Shown here piece after piece: positions 1-9,247 of a DNA stretch of 64,000 nt. Both the position numbers and the translations under genes were made by a program. This stretch comes from an uncultured Gammaproteobacteria bacterium. Its GTDB lineage: Bacteria > Patescibacteriota > Microgenomatia > Daviesbacterales > UBA10151. The DNA lies in assembly GCA_964406775.1 (NCBI GenBank), contig CAYOSW010000005.1, positions 1,362 through 65,361 of the forward strand. Reading direction: 5' to 3'. The first letter of the stretch is position 1. Each line of letters begins with the position of its first letter. Under the pieces are notes generated by a model. The model did not search any database and was not told where the DNA came from. It saw only the letters and a list, made by a program, of their open reading frames with translations.

Positions 1-237
1 TGTTTGTCTGCCGCCGGCAGGTAGTATACCATCTGCTGCGTGTACCGACATAACTGCAAGTCTTGCTCCGATTTCCCTGCTCCCGGGAGTCTTTCCCGAC
101 ATTAATGCGACTGCTATTAATGCGGATTCTGCATCCGAGGAAGCTCTGCTTACTCTTGTTGCTCTCTCCAAAGCCGAACTTACCGGTTCACTACCAAACA
201 TAGTTATCGGATGAAGGTCTCCTTCAGGTGTTTTCAT
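1..237 (-). CDS. hypothetical protein, truncated by window edge (MKTPEGDLHPITMFGSEPVSSALERATRV...)
   Basis: ATG at 237 directly after the rpsK stop; frame open to position 1; not recognisable as S4 or RpoA. Confidence 0.45.
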   Translation of the reverse strand, partial: MKTPEGDLHPITMFGSEPVSSALERATRVSRASSDAESALIAVALMSGKTPGSREIGARLAVMSVHAADGILPAGGRQT

Positions 238-238
238 T

Positions 239-640
239 TTAAACTCTTCTCCTTTTTTCAGCTCTCGGTCCGTTATGAGGCATAGGTGTCACATCGGCAA
301 TCATCATAATATTTAATCCGGAATTTTTTAAAGCCCTTATCGAAGCGTCTCTGCCGGGTCCGGGACCTTTGATATAAACTTCTACCTGGCTCATACCTAA
401 AGATTTTCCTTTAGCTGCAACTTTTTCAACAGCCGAGATAGCTGCAAACGGAGTTGCGCGACGGGCCCCTTTAAAACCGGCGTTTCCCGAGGAACTCCAG
501 GTAAGTGCTTTTCCGGCTGAATCGGTTAAGGTAACCAAAGTATTATTAAAAGTGGCTGTAACGTAAAGTCTTCCCAAAGCGACGCTCTTGGGAGCGGTTT
601 CTTTTTTCTTATTAGATTTAAGTTGTACTTTTTTTGCCAT
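239..640 (-). CDS. rpsK: 30S ribosomal protein S11
   Basis: ATFNNT, KGPGPGR, DVTPMPHNG motifs. Confidence 0.98.
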   Translation of the reverse strand: MAKKVQLKSNKKKETAPKSVALGRLYVTATFNNTLVTLTDSAGKALTWSSSGNAGFKGARRATPFAAISAVEKVAAKGKSLGMSQVEVYIKGPGPGRDASIRALKNSGLNIMMIADVTPMPHNGPRAEKRRRV

Positions 641-651
641 ATATTTTTAAA

Positions 652-1047
652 TTATTTTGAGGGTGCAGTTTTTGCAACCACTTCTTTTCTGACTGTACCG
701 ACTGTCTTCCTCTTGCCTTTTCTGGTGCGGGCGTTGTGTCTGGTGTTCTGGCCTCTGGCCGGTAAACCCCTTCTGTGTCTTAAACCGCGGTAGGCGCCGA
801 TATCCTCAAGTCTTCTGATATTCTGGCTTATTTCACGGGTTAAATCTCCCTCAACTGTAATTCCCTCCAAAGCTTTGGAGAGTCTGTTAACTTCCTCTTC
901 GGTTAAATCTTTAATTCTTTTTGAGCCGTCAACTTTAGCTTTTTCAAGCATAAGTTTGACGTTACTCCGGCCGATACCGAATATTACGGTTAAACCGATG
1001 TCTGCTCTCTTTTCTGCTGGTAAATCAACTCCTACAATTCTTGCCAT
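652..1047 (-). CDS. rpsM: 30S ribosomal protein S13
   Basis: [27 protein letters not shown]. Confidence 0.98.
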   Translation of the reverse strand: MARIVGVDLPAEKRADIGLTVIFGIGRSNVKLMLEKAKVDGSKRIKDLTEEEVNRLSKALEGITVEGDLTREISQNIRRLEDIGAYRGLRHRRGLPARGQNTRHNARTRKGKRKTVGTVRKEVVAKTAPSK

Positions 1048-1050
1048 AAT

Positions 1051-1068
1051 TTATCCTTGTCTCTGCTT
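1051..1068 (-). repeat. synonymously recoded duplicate of rpmJ 3' end (KQRQG*)
   Basis: AAG CAG AGA CAA GGA TAA follows the coding AAG CAA CGT CAG GGC TAA. Confidence 0.8.
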
Positions 1069-1184
1069 TAGCCCTGACGTTGCTTATGCTTTGGGTCACG
1101 GGCACAAATCACAAATAAAATCCCCTCGCGCTTAACGAATTTACAACCGGTACATCTTGTTTTAACACTTGCTTGAACTTTCAT
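1068..1184 (-). CDS. rpmJ: 50S ribosomal protein L36 (38 aa, Zn-binding type; below ORF-track cutoff)
   Basis: manual translation [38 protein letters not shown]; between infA and rpsM. Confidence 0.97.
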   Translation of the reverse strand: MKVQASVKTRCTGCKFVKREGILFVICARDPKHKQRQG

Positions 1185-1199
1185 TTTTTAAATCTCCGA

Positions 1200-1445
1200 T
1201 CATTTAACTCTAAACGTAATGCGCCCTTTGTCCAAATCATATTTGGCGCTCATCTCAGCCTTAACTCTGTCTCCGACCAACAGCCTGATATAATGTTTGC
1301 GCATTTTACCAGATATGTGACACAAAATCACGCGGCCTACAAGTTCCGGAATGTCCGGGCTCGATACTATCTCCACCCTGAACAAAGTATTGGGCAGAAC
1401 TTCAAGTACCTTACCTTGGATCTCAATAATATCCGGTGTATCCAT
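1200..1445 (-). CDS. infA: translation initiation factor IF-1 (ORF extends to 1460; ATG 1445 preferred)
   Basis: [32 protein letters not shown]. Confidence 0.96.
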   Translation of the reverse strand: MDTPDIIEIQGKVLEVLPNTLFRVEIVSSPDIPELVGRVILCHISGKMRKHYIRLLVGDRVKAEMSAKYDLDKGRITFRVK

Positions 1446-1521
1446 TATTGCGTCAACCAAAATTTACGCTCAAGTATTTTACCAAACTCAAGCGTAAAGC
1501 ACAACCCATAGCATAGGTTGG

Positions 1522-1626
1522 AATAAACCAATAGTCCAATGTCAAATAAACCAATTCTCAATAATAAAGTAAATTGAGCTTTTGTATATTGGGTTATTTG
1601 TTTATCGGGTTATTAGTTTATTAAGT
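1522..1626. repeat. degenerate octamer inverted-repeat array (AATAAACC)n ... (GGTTATT/GTTTATT)n
   Basis: AATAAACC AATAGTCC AATGTCA AATAAACC facing ATTGGGTT ATTTGTTT ATCGGGTT ATTAGTTT. Confidence 0.65.
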
Positions 1627-2400
1627 TTATACCTTTCTCCAGTCGGTTAAGACCTCCGCTTTATCGCTCCCGATAACGACCGTCATCTCAAAAAGACCGC
1701 CCCAGGAACCGTCTTTTGAGGAGATCGTCCATCCGTCATTTTCCAGAATTACCTCGTGCCCGCCACGGTTATAAATAGCCTCAATGGCGATTGTCTGTCC
1801 TTTTTTTAAAGGTAATCCTCTCCCCGGTCTTCCGAATCCCGGAACTTCCGGGTCTTCGTGCAGTTTTTTACCGATTCCGTGACCGACGAGTGACCTTACA
1901 ACCGAATATCCGCCCCCCTCAACCTGTTTCTGCATCGCCGCTCCGATATCTCCGATCTTATTACCGCCCCGGGCTTGGGAGATACCGTTCCACATCGCCT
2001 GTTCTCCGACTTTTAAAAATTTATCTTTTTCATCGAAATCGGCAATTTTTGATTTTTGACCGACCATCACGCTCCAGGCTGCATCGGTATGCCAGCCGTT
2101 ATAAACCGCTCCGATATCGACACTGAAAATATCGCCCTCTTTAAGTTCAATCGGGCGGGGGATTCCGTGGACTACTTCGTTATTTAAGGTAAGACAGGTT
2201 GCCCAGTGATATCCGGGAACTGTTTTAAAACTGACCTGACCTCCCAATTTTAAAATTTCCGCCTCGGCGATATTATCAAGCTCGATCAGGCTTATTCCCG
2301 GTTTGACAGCCTCAAGGACCGCTTTTAACGCACCGGCGGTTATTTCGCCGCTTTTACGCATCAGTTCAATTTGGGAAGAAGTTCTCGGTGTTAGGCTCAT
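1627..2400 (-). CDS. map: methionine aminopeptidase type I
   Basis: NNEVVHGIP, DIG...HTDAA, GHGIG, HEDP, IAIE. Confidence 0.96.
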   Translation of the reverse strand: MSLTPRTSSQIELMRKSGEITAGALKAVLEAVKPGISLIELDNIAEAEILKLGGQVSFKTVPGYHWATCLTLNNEVVHGIPRPIELKEGDIFSVDIGAVYNGWHTDAAWSVMVGQKSKIADFDEKDKFLKVGEQAMWNGISQARGGNKIGDIGAAMQKQVEGGGYSVVRSLVGHGIGKKLHEDPEVPGFGRPGRGLPLKKGQTIAIEAIYNRGGHEVILENDGWTISSKDGSWGGLFEMTVVIGSDKAEVLTDWRKV

Positions 2401-2912
2401 TTCAAATTCTCCTCAATTTTTGCGAAAATCTCACCAATTCCGGCCGTACCGTCAACTCTCACTAATTTTTCTTTGTAAAAGTCCAGTATTTTTTCCAAAT
2501 CTTCCTGCTGGACCCTGATTCTGGTTTCAATCGCGCCTTCGGAATCATCAGCCCGGCCTCTTCCCTTCATCCTGTCTTTTAAAACCTCAATCGGCACCTC
2601 AAGATAAAAAACCTTATCGAATCCGGGGTCAAAAAGCTCAACCTGTTCGGTTGTCCTGGGGTATCCTTCCATAATAAAATCGTCCCCGACTTTCCCCGCT
2701 TCTGCTTTAATCAGCTCCGCGACCGTTGCATCGTCTACCAACTCGCCCGAAGCCATAATAGCTTTAATTTTTTGCGCCAATTCACCCTCGCCTGAGGCTA
2801 TCTCACGCAGTATATTGCCCATTCTGACGGGCTGTAAGCCGTATTTATCGGCTATTTTGTCGATTTGTGTAGTTTTACCTGAACCGGGGAGACCGACAAT
2901 GAGTATCTTCAT
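2397..2912 (-). CDS. adk: adenylate kinase (short LID type)
   Basis: GLPGSGKT P-loop, GELVDD, EGYPRT, GRGRADD. Confidence 0.93.
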   Translation of the reverse strand: MKILIVGLPGSGKTTQIDKIADKYGLQPVRMGNILREIASGEGELAQKIKAIMASGELVDDATVAELIKAEAGKVGDDFIMEGYPRTTEQVELFDPGFDKVFYLEVPIEVLKDRMKGRGRADDSEGAIETRIRVQQEDLEKILDFYKEKLVRVDGTAGIGEIFAKIEENLK

Positions 2913-2914
2913 AT

Positions 2915-4201
2915 CTATGAAAGGAATTTATCGTAGTTTTTCTCAATCATTTTGCTTTCAAACTGCTTGGCAGTATCTAAAATTACCGAAACCACGATCA
3001 AAAGAGATGTTCCTCCGACAACTAAAGTTGAGATTCCGGTAAAGGAGGAGATTACCGAAGGCATAACCGCAATTGTTCCCAGGAATATCGCACCGGCCAA
3101 AGTTATCCTTACCAGGATGTAGTTTAAATACGAGGCCGTTGCACTGCCCGGTCTGATACCCGGAACAAACCCACCGTATTTTTTAATTTCGTCTGCAATC
3201 TTGGTCGGATTAAAAACTACCGCAGTATAAAAATAAGTAAATCCGATAACCAAAAGGAAATAGGTAAGGTTATATGCTATTGATTCCGGCTGGAAGTTCT
3301 GCACCAAAAATCTGCCGATATTTTGCAGAACCGGAACAGGGGACTGGGCTAAAAACTGACTCCCGAAAGAGGGGAGCAGTACTAAGGAAATTGCAAAAAT
3401 AATCGGAATAACACCGGTTTGGTTAACGCGCAGAGGCAGGTATGTTTGGACCTGGCTCATTCTCCGGCCGGCCGAAAAACGCCTGGCGTAATGAATCTGG
3501 ATTTGTCTGCGTCCTTCGTTAATAAATACAATTGCTGCGGTTACGAGCAATCCGACTGCTACAAAAATTAGAATATTTAAAAGTTGGGACTGCTCTACAA
3601 TTGATACAGTCTGGAATAAAACAACCGGCGCTCTTGCCAAAATACCGACTAAAATCAAAATGGAAATACCGTTGCCGATTCCGTACTCGGTTAAAAGCTC
3701 ACCCAGCCACATTGTAAACACCGTACCTGCAACCATAGCAACAATGATTGAAAGAATCGCCAAAGGAGTTCCGGCCTCAACCAGACCCTGATTTTTCAAA
3801 AGCGTATACATACCGACCGACTGAATAACTGCCAAAGGAATCGTCAGGAACCGGGTATATTGATTAATCTTCTGACGGCCCATCTCCCCTTCTTTGCTCA
3901 TTTCTTCAAGCTTCGGGAAAACCATAGTTAAAAGCTGCATAATAATCGAGGCGTTAATATACGGATTCAAACCGAGCGCCAAAACGGAAAAGTTAGTTAA
4001 GGTTCCTCCGGAAAAAATATCCAAAAGCCCGAGGAGCTGGTTACTGCCGAAAAGCTGACGGATGCCTTCAACATTAATACCCGCAATCGGGATCTGTGCT
4101 GACAGACGGAAAACAAAAATGATAATGGCGGTAATGATTAATTTGCGGCGGAGCTCCGGAATTTTTAAGGCATTTAATATCGGTTGAATTAAACTAGCCA
4201 A
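2915..4201 (-). CDS. secY: preprotein translocase SecY (likely TTG start at 4201 after GGAGG)
   Basis: [45 protein letters not shown]. Confidence 0.98.
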   Translation of the reverse strand: MASLIQPILNALKIPELRRKLIITAIIIFVFRLSAQIPIAGINVEGIRQLFGSNQLLGLLDIFSGGTLTNFSVLALGLNPYINASIIMQLLTMVFPKLEEMSKEGEMGRQKINQYTRFLTIPLAVIQSVGMYTLLKNQGLVEAGTPLAILSIIVAMVAGTVFTMWLGELLTEYGIGNGISILILVGILARAPVVLFQTVSIVEQSQLLNILIFVAVGLLVTAAIVFINEGRRQIQIHYARRFSAGRRMSQVQTYLPLRVNQTGVIPIIFAISLVLLPSFGSQFLAQSPVPVLQNIGRFLVQNFQPESIAYNLTYFLLVIGFTYFYTAVVFNPTKIADEIKKYGGFVPGIRPGSATASYLNYILVRITLAGAIFLGTIAVMPSVISSFTGISTLVVGGTSLLIVVSVILDTAKQFESKMIEKNYDKFLS

Positions 4202-4631
4202 CTTTGCCTCCTGCAGTTTCGATCTTTTCTTTGACCTTCGCACTTACAGGAATTTCTACGACTAATCCTTTTACATTAAGCTCTCCCTTATTTAATACTT
4301 TTACTCCTCTTTTCAGCTTGCCCCGTCCGGATACAAGTCCGGCTTCAACCAGGGTTTCGATGCTTACTGTTGAATTAGTCTTGAATTTGTTTAAATCTTC
4401 GAGTGAAATCACAACCGGTGTCGGATCGGCTTTTTTATTTCCCCAACCGCGGACAAACGGAAGTTTCTTATATAAAGGCAAGCTTCCTCCGATGAAGGCT
4501 GCAGGAATTTTTCCGCGGGCTTTTTGTCCCTTTGAACCGCGTCCCCCGGTCTTACCTTTTCCTGACCCGGTTCCCCGGCCTAAACGCTTTTTACTTCTTT
4601 CAATTGTTTTAGGTAATTCGCTTAATTTCAT
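4194..4631 (-). CDS. rplO: 50S ribosomal protein L15
   Basis: [25 protein letters not shown]. Confidence 0.97.
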   Translation of the reverse strand: MKLSELPKTIERSKKRLGRGTGSGKGKTGGRGSKGQKARGKIPAAFIGGSLPLYKKLPFVRGWGNKKADPTPVVISLEDLNKFKTNSTVSIETLVEAGLVSGRGKLKRGVKVLNKGELNVKGLVVEIPVSAKVKEKIETAGGKVG

Positions 4632-5236
4632 TTTGTTTCCTCTTTCTTTTTAGGCTCTTCCTTTTTCTCAGCCTTTTCAGCTTTCTTTTGTTCTTTTGCT
4701 TCTTTCAATGCTTTATTTTCATCTTCCTGTTTTTTATCGGCAACCGCATATTTGGATGCGGTAATTTCTTTCAAAGCGTGCAATGTTGCATAAACATTTG
4801 AAGCTTTGTTGTTGGTTCCCAGGATTTTTGAAACGACATCGTGAATTCCTGCCGCTTCTACTACAACCCTGACCGGACCTCCCGCAATAACTCCGGTTCC
4901 CTTAGGTGCCGGTTTAAGTAAAATAATCGCTGCACCGAGTTTGACGTTAACGGAATGCAGAATTGTCCTGCCGTCTTTTAACGGAACCATAACCATATGT
5001 TTTTTCGCATAACTGGTCGCTTTCCTGACTGCCGATTGAACATCCGCTGCTTTACCCAGTCCGACTCCGACTTTGCCTTTTTTATCACCGACGACAACCA
5101 ATACCGAAAGTGATCTTTTATCTCCACCCTTGGTTTTTTTGGAAACACGGTTGACCTGGACTACCTTCTCGTAAAAATCTGAAGGTTCCTGAAGTCTTCT
5201 GTTATCTCTTCTGTTATCACGTTGTTTAAAATCCAT
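4628..5236 (-). CDS. rpsE: 30S ribosomal protein S5
   Basis: VNRVSKKTKGG, PAPKGTGVIAGG; K/E-rich tail. Confidence 0.97.
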   Translation of the reverse strand: MDFKQRDNRRDNRRLQEPSDFYEKVVQVNRVSKKTKGGDKRSLSVLVVVGDKKGKVGVGLGKAADVQSAVRKATSYAKKHMVMVPLKDGRTILHSVNVKLGAAIILLKPAPKGTGVIAGGPVRVVVEAAGIHDVVSKILGTNNKASNVYATLHALKEITASKYAVADKKQEDENKALKEAKEQKKAEKAEKKEEPKKKEETK

Positions 5237-5571
5237 TAGAACTGCAAACCTCCCTTTCTTAATCCTTCAGCAACAGCCGCAACCCGGCCGTGATAGGCAA
5301 ATCCCCCTCGGTCAAAAATTATTTTGGTAATTTTTGCTTTAACTGCTTTTTGAGCCAGAGTTTCACCGACTTTTGTTGCCCTTTCGGTTTTTGTACCGCC
5401 TTTGGCGTTCAGGTCAGATTCAGAAGCCAATGTTTTACCGGCATTATCGTCAATAATTTGAGCATAAATATGCTGACCGGATTTAAATACGGCGACTCTC
5501 GGTTTTTCGGCAGTACCGAAAATATTTTTTCTGACTCTTTTATGCTTACTTACTCTTAATATTTTTTTCAT
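5236..5571 (-). CDS. rplR: 50S ribosomal protein L18
   Basis: HIYAQIIDD, FDRGGFAYHGRV. Confidence 0.97.
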   Translation of the reverse strand: MKKILRVSKHKRVRKNIFGTAEKPRVAVFKSGQHIYAQIIDDNAGKTLASESDLNAKGGTKTERATKVGETLAQKAVKAKITKIIFDRGGFAYHGRVAAVAEGLRKGGLQF

Positions 5572-5573
5572 TT

Positions 5574-6128
5574 TTATTTAGCTCCGGTGGCCGCTTTACC
5601 TGCTTTTCCGGCCTTCTTTCTTACGTATTCTCCGGCATATCTGATACCTTTACCCTGATAAACTTCCGGCGGTTTAACTCCTCTGATATTGGCGGCGATC
5701 TGGCCTACCAAAATCTTGTTATATCCTGAAACTTTAATTTTAGTGTTGTCGGCAACCGCAAAAGTAATTCCTTCAGGTGCTTTAATAACAACCTGGTGAG
5801 AAAAACCGACGTTTAAAGTCAGACTTTCCCCTCCGCCTTGCGCTCTGTATCCGACACCGACCATTTCCAGATTTTTATCCCATCCTGCCGAAACACCGAT
5901 TACCATATTGCTGATCAGCGAGCGGGTCAGTCCGTGCATTGCAGCCGCTTTTTCATAACCTTTTTTGGCTTTAACCGTTATTACACTTCCTTCGATCTCG
6001 AGCTTGACTGCAGGATTTAACTCCATAGCCAAAGTTCCTTTTGAGCCTTTTACGGTTAAATTATCACCCTCAAGATTTACTTCTACTCCTGCAGGTATTG
6101 TTATTGGATTGTTTCCTATTCTACTCAT
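5574..6128 (-). CDS. rplF: 50S ribosomal protein L6
   Basis: MSRIGNNPI, GVGYRA, PEVYQGKGIRY. Confidence 0.98.
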   Translation of the reverse strand: MSRIGNNPITIPAGVEVNLEGDNLTVKGSKGTLAMELNPAVKLEIEGSVITVKAKKGYEKAAAMHGLTRSLISNMVIGVSAGWDKNLEMVGVGYRAQGGGESLTLNVGFSHQVVIKAPEGITFAVADNTKIKVSGYNKILVGQIAANIRGVKPPEVYQGKGIRYAGEYVRKKAGKAGKAATGAK

Positions 6129-6179
6129 AATTAATTTCTTCTTTTGGTTAAAAGCCCTTGCAAACTAAGTTTGCTCCGG

Positions 6180-6572
6180 TTACCAAACGTGTGCGAGAAT
6201 TTCTCCGCCCACGCCCTCCTTTCTTGCTCTTTTATCGCTCATTACACCTTTAGGCGTTGAGATGATTGCCAGTCCAAAGCCGTTTAATACTCTCGGTAAA
6301 GCCTTGCTCGGTTTGTAAACCCGCAGTCCCGGCTTGGAAATCCTTTTAACATCGGTCAGTGCGGCTTTCCTGCCTAAGTATTTCAGCTCAACGGTAATTT
6401 TGCTGAAATTTTTGCCTTCTATCTTTTCTTCTTTAAAGCTCTCGATAAATCCTTCCTCTTTTAAGAGTGCACAAATTGCCAAAACAAGTTTTGAGTAAGG
6501 CAATACAATCGTATCTTTAAACGAAAGATAACCGTTTTTTATTCTTATTAATGAGTCAGCTACTATATCCAT
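6180..6572 (-). CDS. rpsH: 30S ribosomal protein S8
   Basis: ISKPGLRVY, ISTPKGVM, GGEILAHVW. Confidence 0.98.
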   Translation of the reverse strand: MDIVADSLIRIKNGYLSFKDTIVLPYSKLVLAICALLKEEGFIESFKEEKIEGKNFSKITVELKYLGRKAALTDVKRISKPGLRVYKPSKALPRVLNGFGLAIISTPKGVMSDKRARKEGVGGEILAHVW

Positions 6573-6579
6573 ATTTTTA

Positions 6580-6618
6580 CTACCAGCTCGCTTTCTTTAC
6601 GCCGGGCAAATACCCTTT
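6580..6618 (-). repeat. synonymously recoded duplicate of rpsN 3' end ([12 protein letters not shown])
   Basis: 39 nt, same 12 aa plus stop as 6657-6695; 8 nt differences, all synonymous. Confidence 0.92.
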
Positions 6619-6656
6619 TAGAGAACGAAGTTCTCGCAAAGGCTATCTATCTATAC
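6619..6656. mobile_element. putative palindromic micro-element/scar between the two rpsN ends
   Basis: GAGAAC-GAA-GTTCTC hairpin; AAAGGCTATCTA (6638-6649) is the exact reverse complement of 6684-6695 inside rpsN. Confidence 0.55.
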
Positions 6657-6836
6657 CTACCATGACGCTTTCTTAACGCCTGGTAGATAGCCTTTATAAA
6701 CGAATTCTCTGAAACAAATACGGCATAAGCCGAATCTGCGGAGATATCCGTGAGGTCTTCCGCAACGGGAACAGATGTTGCGCTTTTGAACCTCAAATTT
6801 AAACTTCTTTTTTACTACATTACTTGTTTTAGCCAT
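6657..6836 (-). CDS. rpsN: 30S ribosomal protein S14, short Zn-binding type Z (59 aa; below ORF-track cutoff)
   Basis: manual translation MAKTS...[23 protein letters not shown]...LPGVKKASW. Confidence 0.97.
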   Translation of the reverse strand: MAKTSNVVKKKFKFEVQKRNICSRCGRPHGYLRRFGLCRICFREFVYKGYLPGVKKASW

Positions 6837-6901
6837 ATTTTTATTTTAAAAAACCTTTTCTTTATCTTGAAACGAAGGATCTTCGATTCAAGCTTCATAT
6901 T

Positions 6902-7456
6902 CTAACCTGTTTGTTGTGCTTTAGCAAAGGGCATACCCAATAGCTCCAGCAATTTTTTACCTTCCTCTTTATTGCGGGCAGATGTATTTATTGTAATCTG
7001 CAAACCGCGCAAACGATCGATAGTCTTATAATCAACCTCGGGGAAAAGAATTTGCTCCCTCAGTCCCAGGTTAAAATTACCCTGTCCGTCAAACGATTTA
7101 TCCGAAACTCCCCGGAAGTCCCTGACTTTTGGCAATACGATGTTGATCAGCTTGTCCAAAAATGCAAACATTTTCTCGCCTCTTAAAGTCGCCATAACTC
7201 CGATCGGCGCACCTTCGGTCAGCTTAAAGGCCGAAATCGATTTTTTAGCTCTTGTTGTCATAGCTTTTTGTCCGGCGATTGCAGTTATGTTCGCTGCTGC
7301 TTTTTCGATTACCGATGAGTTTTCTTTACCCTCGGAAACCGCCATATTAACAACAACCTTAATCAATCTCGGGAGAGCGTGAATATTTTTAGTACCAAGC
7401 TCTTCGGTAAGTTTGACTTTAACTTCTTCGTTATATTTTTGTTTTAAACGGTTCAT
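6902..7456 (-). CDS. rplE: 50S ribosomal protein L5
   Basis: IAGQKA..RAKKSISAFK, LPKVRDFRG, FPEVDY. Confidence 0.98.
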   Translation of the reverse strand: MNRLKQKYNEEVKVKLTEELGTKNIHALPRLIKVVVNMAVSEGKENSSVIEKAAANITAIAGQKAMTTRAKKSISAFKLTEGAPIGVMATLRGEKMFAFLDKLINIVLPKVRDFRGVSDKSFDGQGNFNLGLREQILFPEVDYKTIDRLRGLQITINTSARNKEEGKKLLELLGMPFAKAQQTG

Positions 7457-7767
7457 TATCCTTTAATCTCCTTTTTGCATTTTCTGCAGATTCTAACTTT
7501 GACGCCTTTTTCGATCAGGAATCCGACCCTGGTTGGCTTTTTACAATTAGGGCAAACCAAAGCCACGTTAGAAATATCAACCGGTTTTACCAGATCAACA
7601 ATTCCCCCCTGAGTGTCGTTAAACTTTTTGACACTTCTTTTGGAGATGTTAATTCCTCCGACAATTACCCGGCTCTCTTTTGTTAAGACTTTCTCAACAG
7701 AGCCCTCTCTGCCCGAGTCTTTTCCTAATAATATTTTTACTTTATCGCCTTTTTTTATCTTGTTCAT
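7456..7767 (-). CDS. rplX: 50S ribosomal protein L24
   Basis: KOW IKKGDKVKILLGKD, ISNVALVCPNC. Confidence 0.96.
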   Translation of the reverse strand: MNKIKKGDKVKILLGKDSGREGSVEKVLTKESRVIVGGINISKRSVKKFNDTQGGIVDLVKPVDISNVALVCPNCKKPTRVGFLIEKGVKVRICRKCKKEIKG

Positions 7768-7772
7768 AATCT

Positions 7773-8141
7773 TTACCACACCTCTCTCGCAAGCGAGATT
7801 ATTTTCGAAAATCCTGCATCCCTGACTTCTCTTGCGATCGGTCCGAATATACGGGTTGCTCTTAAATTATTATCTTTATCAACAACAACCCCGGCATTTT
7901 CGTCAAATTTAACGTAAGAACCGTCAGCACGTCTCTGCTCTTTTCTGCATCTGACGATAACTATTCTTACTACCTCACCGTTTTTAACCTGACCGTTCGG
8001 ATCAGCGCCTTTTACGACACCGACAACCAACTCTCCGGCTTTGGCTTTTCTTTTTCCGGATCCGCCCAAAGGCTGGATTACCATCAAAGCTTTAGCGCCC
8101 GAGTTATCTGCAACTTTAAGATACGTACGATGCTGAACCAT
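7773..8141 (-). CDS. rplN: 50S ribosomal protein L14
   Basis: VADNSGAK, FDENA, TRIFGPIARE. Confidence 0.98.
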   Translation of the reverse strand: MVQHRTYLKVADNSGAKALMVIQPLGGSGKRKAKAGELVVGVVKGADPNGQVKNGEVVRIVIVRCRKEQRRADGSYVKFDENAGVVVDKDNNLRATRIFGPIAREVRDAGFSKIISLAREVW

Positions 8142-8554
8142 TATTTAACAACCTCTTTCTTTGTCTTTTTTGCAACTTTTTTCTCTTCTTTTTTAGCTTC
8201 TTTTTTTGCAACCGGTTCAACTTTAGCTTCTGCTTCCGCAACTTCTACTGCTTCTTCCTTTTCCTCAGGCATAACTTCCGCTATTGCCTCTTCTTCAACC
8301 TGCTTCATTGCAGCCTCACCGAGAGCAACTACGTCTTTTCCTAAGATTTTTATCACTTTAAAGTGCTTGTTCTTAGAAATAGGTCTGGTTTCGGTGATGC
8401 TTACAACGTCACCCTCTTTTGCACCCATCTCGTCGTGAACTAAATATTTTTTGCTCCAGACATAAGTCTTTTTATAAAGAGGATGTGTTTTTTTACCCTC
8501 TACTAAAACCGAAACTGTCTTTTGCATTTTTGCCGACACTACTCTTCCTATCAT
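8141..8554 (-). CDS. rpsQ: 30S ribosomal protein S17 with charged C-terminal extension
   Basis: GRVVSAKMQKT, HPLYKK, ETRPISKNK. Confidence 0.96.
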   Translation of the reverse strand: MIGRVVSAKMQKTVSVLVEGKKTHPLYKKTYVWSKKYLVHDEMGAKEGDVVSITETRPISKNKHFKVIKILGKDVVALGEAAMKQVEEEAIAEVMPEEKEEAVEVAEAEAKVEPVAKKEAKKEEKKVAKKTKKEVVK

Positions 8555-8826
8555 TTTTTCTTTGCCTCCTTTTCTTCGGATTTCTTCACTTCTGCCTTTT
8601 CTTCTTTAGGCTCAAGTTTTGCAATCATCGATTTTTGAGACAGAACAGTCTGAACTCTTGCCAGCTCTTTCTTCTTTTTAGAAATTGATTTTAAGTCTTT
8701 TAATTTGTTCATATTTTTATCCAAAACCAAATCATTAATTTCAATTTTGAGCGCTTTTGATTTTGCAACCAAAGCTGCAATATCCAAAACTTTTATTTCA
8801 TTTTTTAAATCTCTTAATTTTGTCAT
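8551..8826 (-). CDS. rpmC: 50S ribosomal protein L29
   Basis: position between rplP and rpsQ; KKELARVQTVL. Confidence 0.85.
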   Translation of the reverse strand: MTKLRDLKNEIKVLDIAALVAKSKALKIEINDLVLDKNMNKLKDLKSISKKKKELARVQTVLSQKSMIAKLEPKEEKAEVKKSEEKEAKKK

Positions 8827-8830
8827 TTTT

Positions 8831-9247
8831 TTAACTTTCTTTAGATACAAATCTGGTTTTCAATGCCAGTTTATGAGCGGCCAATCTGATTGCTTCTCTG
8901 GCAATATCTTCGGCAACCGCACCCATTTCAAAAATTACCGTACCGGGTTTAACCACCGCGACATATCCGATAACATCTCCTTTTCCCGAACCCATTCTGG
9001 CTTCAGCCGGATGCTTTGTGATCGGCTTGTCAGGAAAAATCCTGATCCAGATACGTCCGCCCCTTTGGGTGAACTTGGTCATAGCTCTTCTGGCCGCTTC
9101 AATTTGTCTTGAAGTAATCCAGCCTGCTTCTTCCGATTTCAAAGCGAAAGACCCGAAAGAAATAGTATTATTTCTGGTCGCAATTCCGCCTCTTTTTCCC
9201 CTGAAGGCTTTTCTGTATTTAACTCTTTTAGGAGCTAACAGTGACAT
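8831..9247 (-). CDS. rplP: 50S ribosomal protein L16
   Basis: [22 protein letters not shown]. Confidence 0.98.
   Translation of the reverse strand: MSLLAPKRVKYRKAFRGKRGGIATRNNTISFGSFALKSEEAGWITSRQIEAARRAMTKFTQRGGRIWIRIFPDKPITKHPAEARMGSGKGDVIGYVAVVKPGTVIFEMGAVAEDIAREAIRLAAHKLALKTRFVSKES

Noticed and set aside
1187-1199. AGA TTT AAA (RFK) after infA stop, a possible vestigial duplicate of its end (RVK)
   Set aside because: Only 3 codons in AT-rich sequence and no stop; chance level.
5195-5218. 12-nt tandem repeat TCTTCTGTTATC x2
   Set aside because: In-frame DNRR repeat in the S5 N-terminal tail; ordinary slippage.
6156-6179. CCTTGC-AAAC-TAA-GTTTGC hairpin after rpsH, resembling the rpsN/rpsG scars
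   Set aside because: No duplicated rpsH end and only a partial motif; may be a simple stability hairpin.
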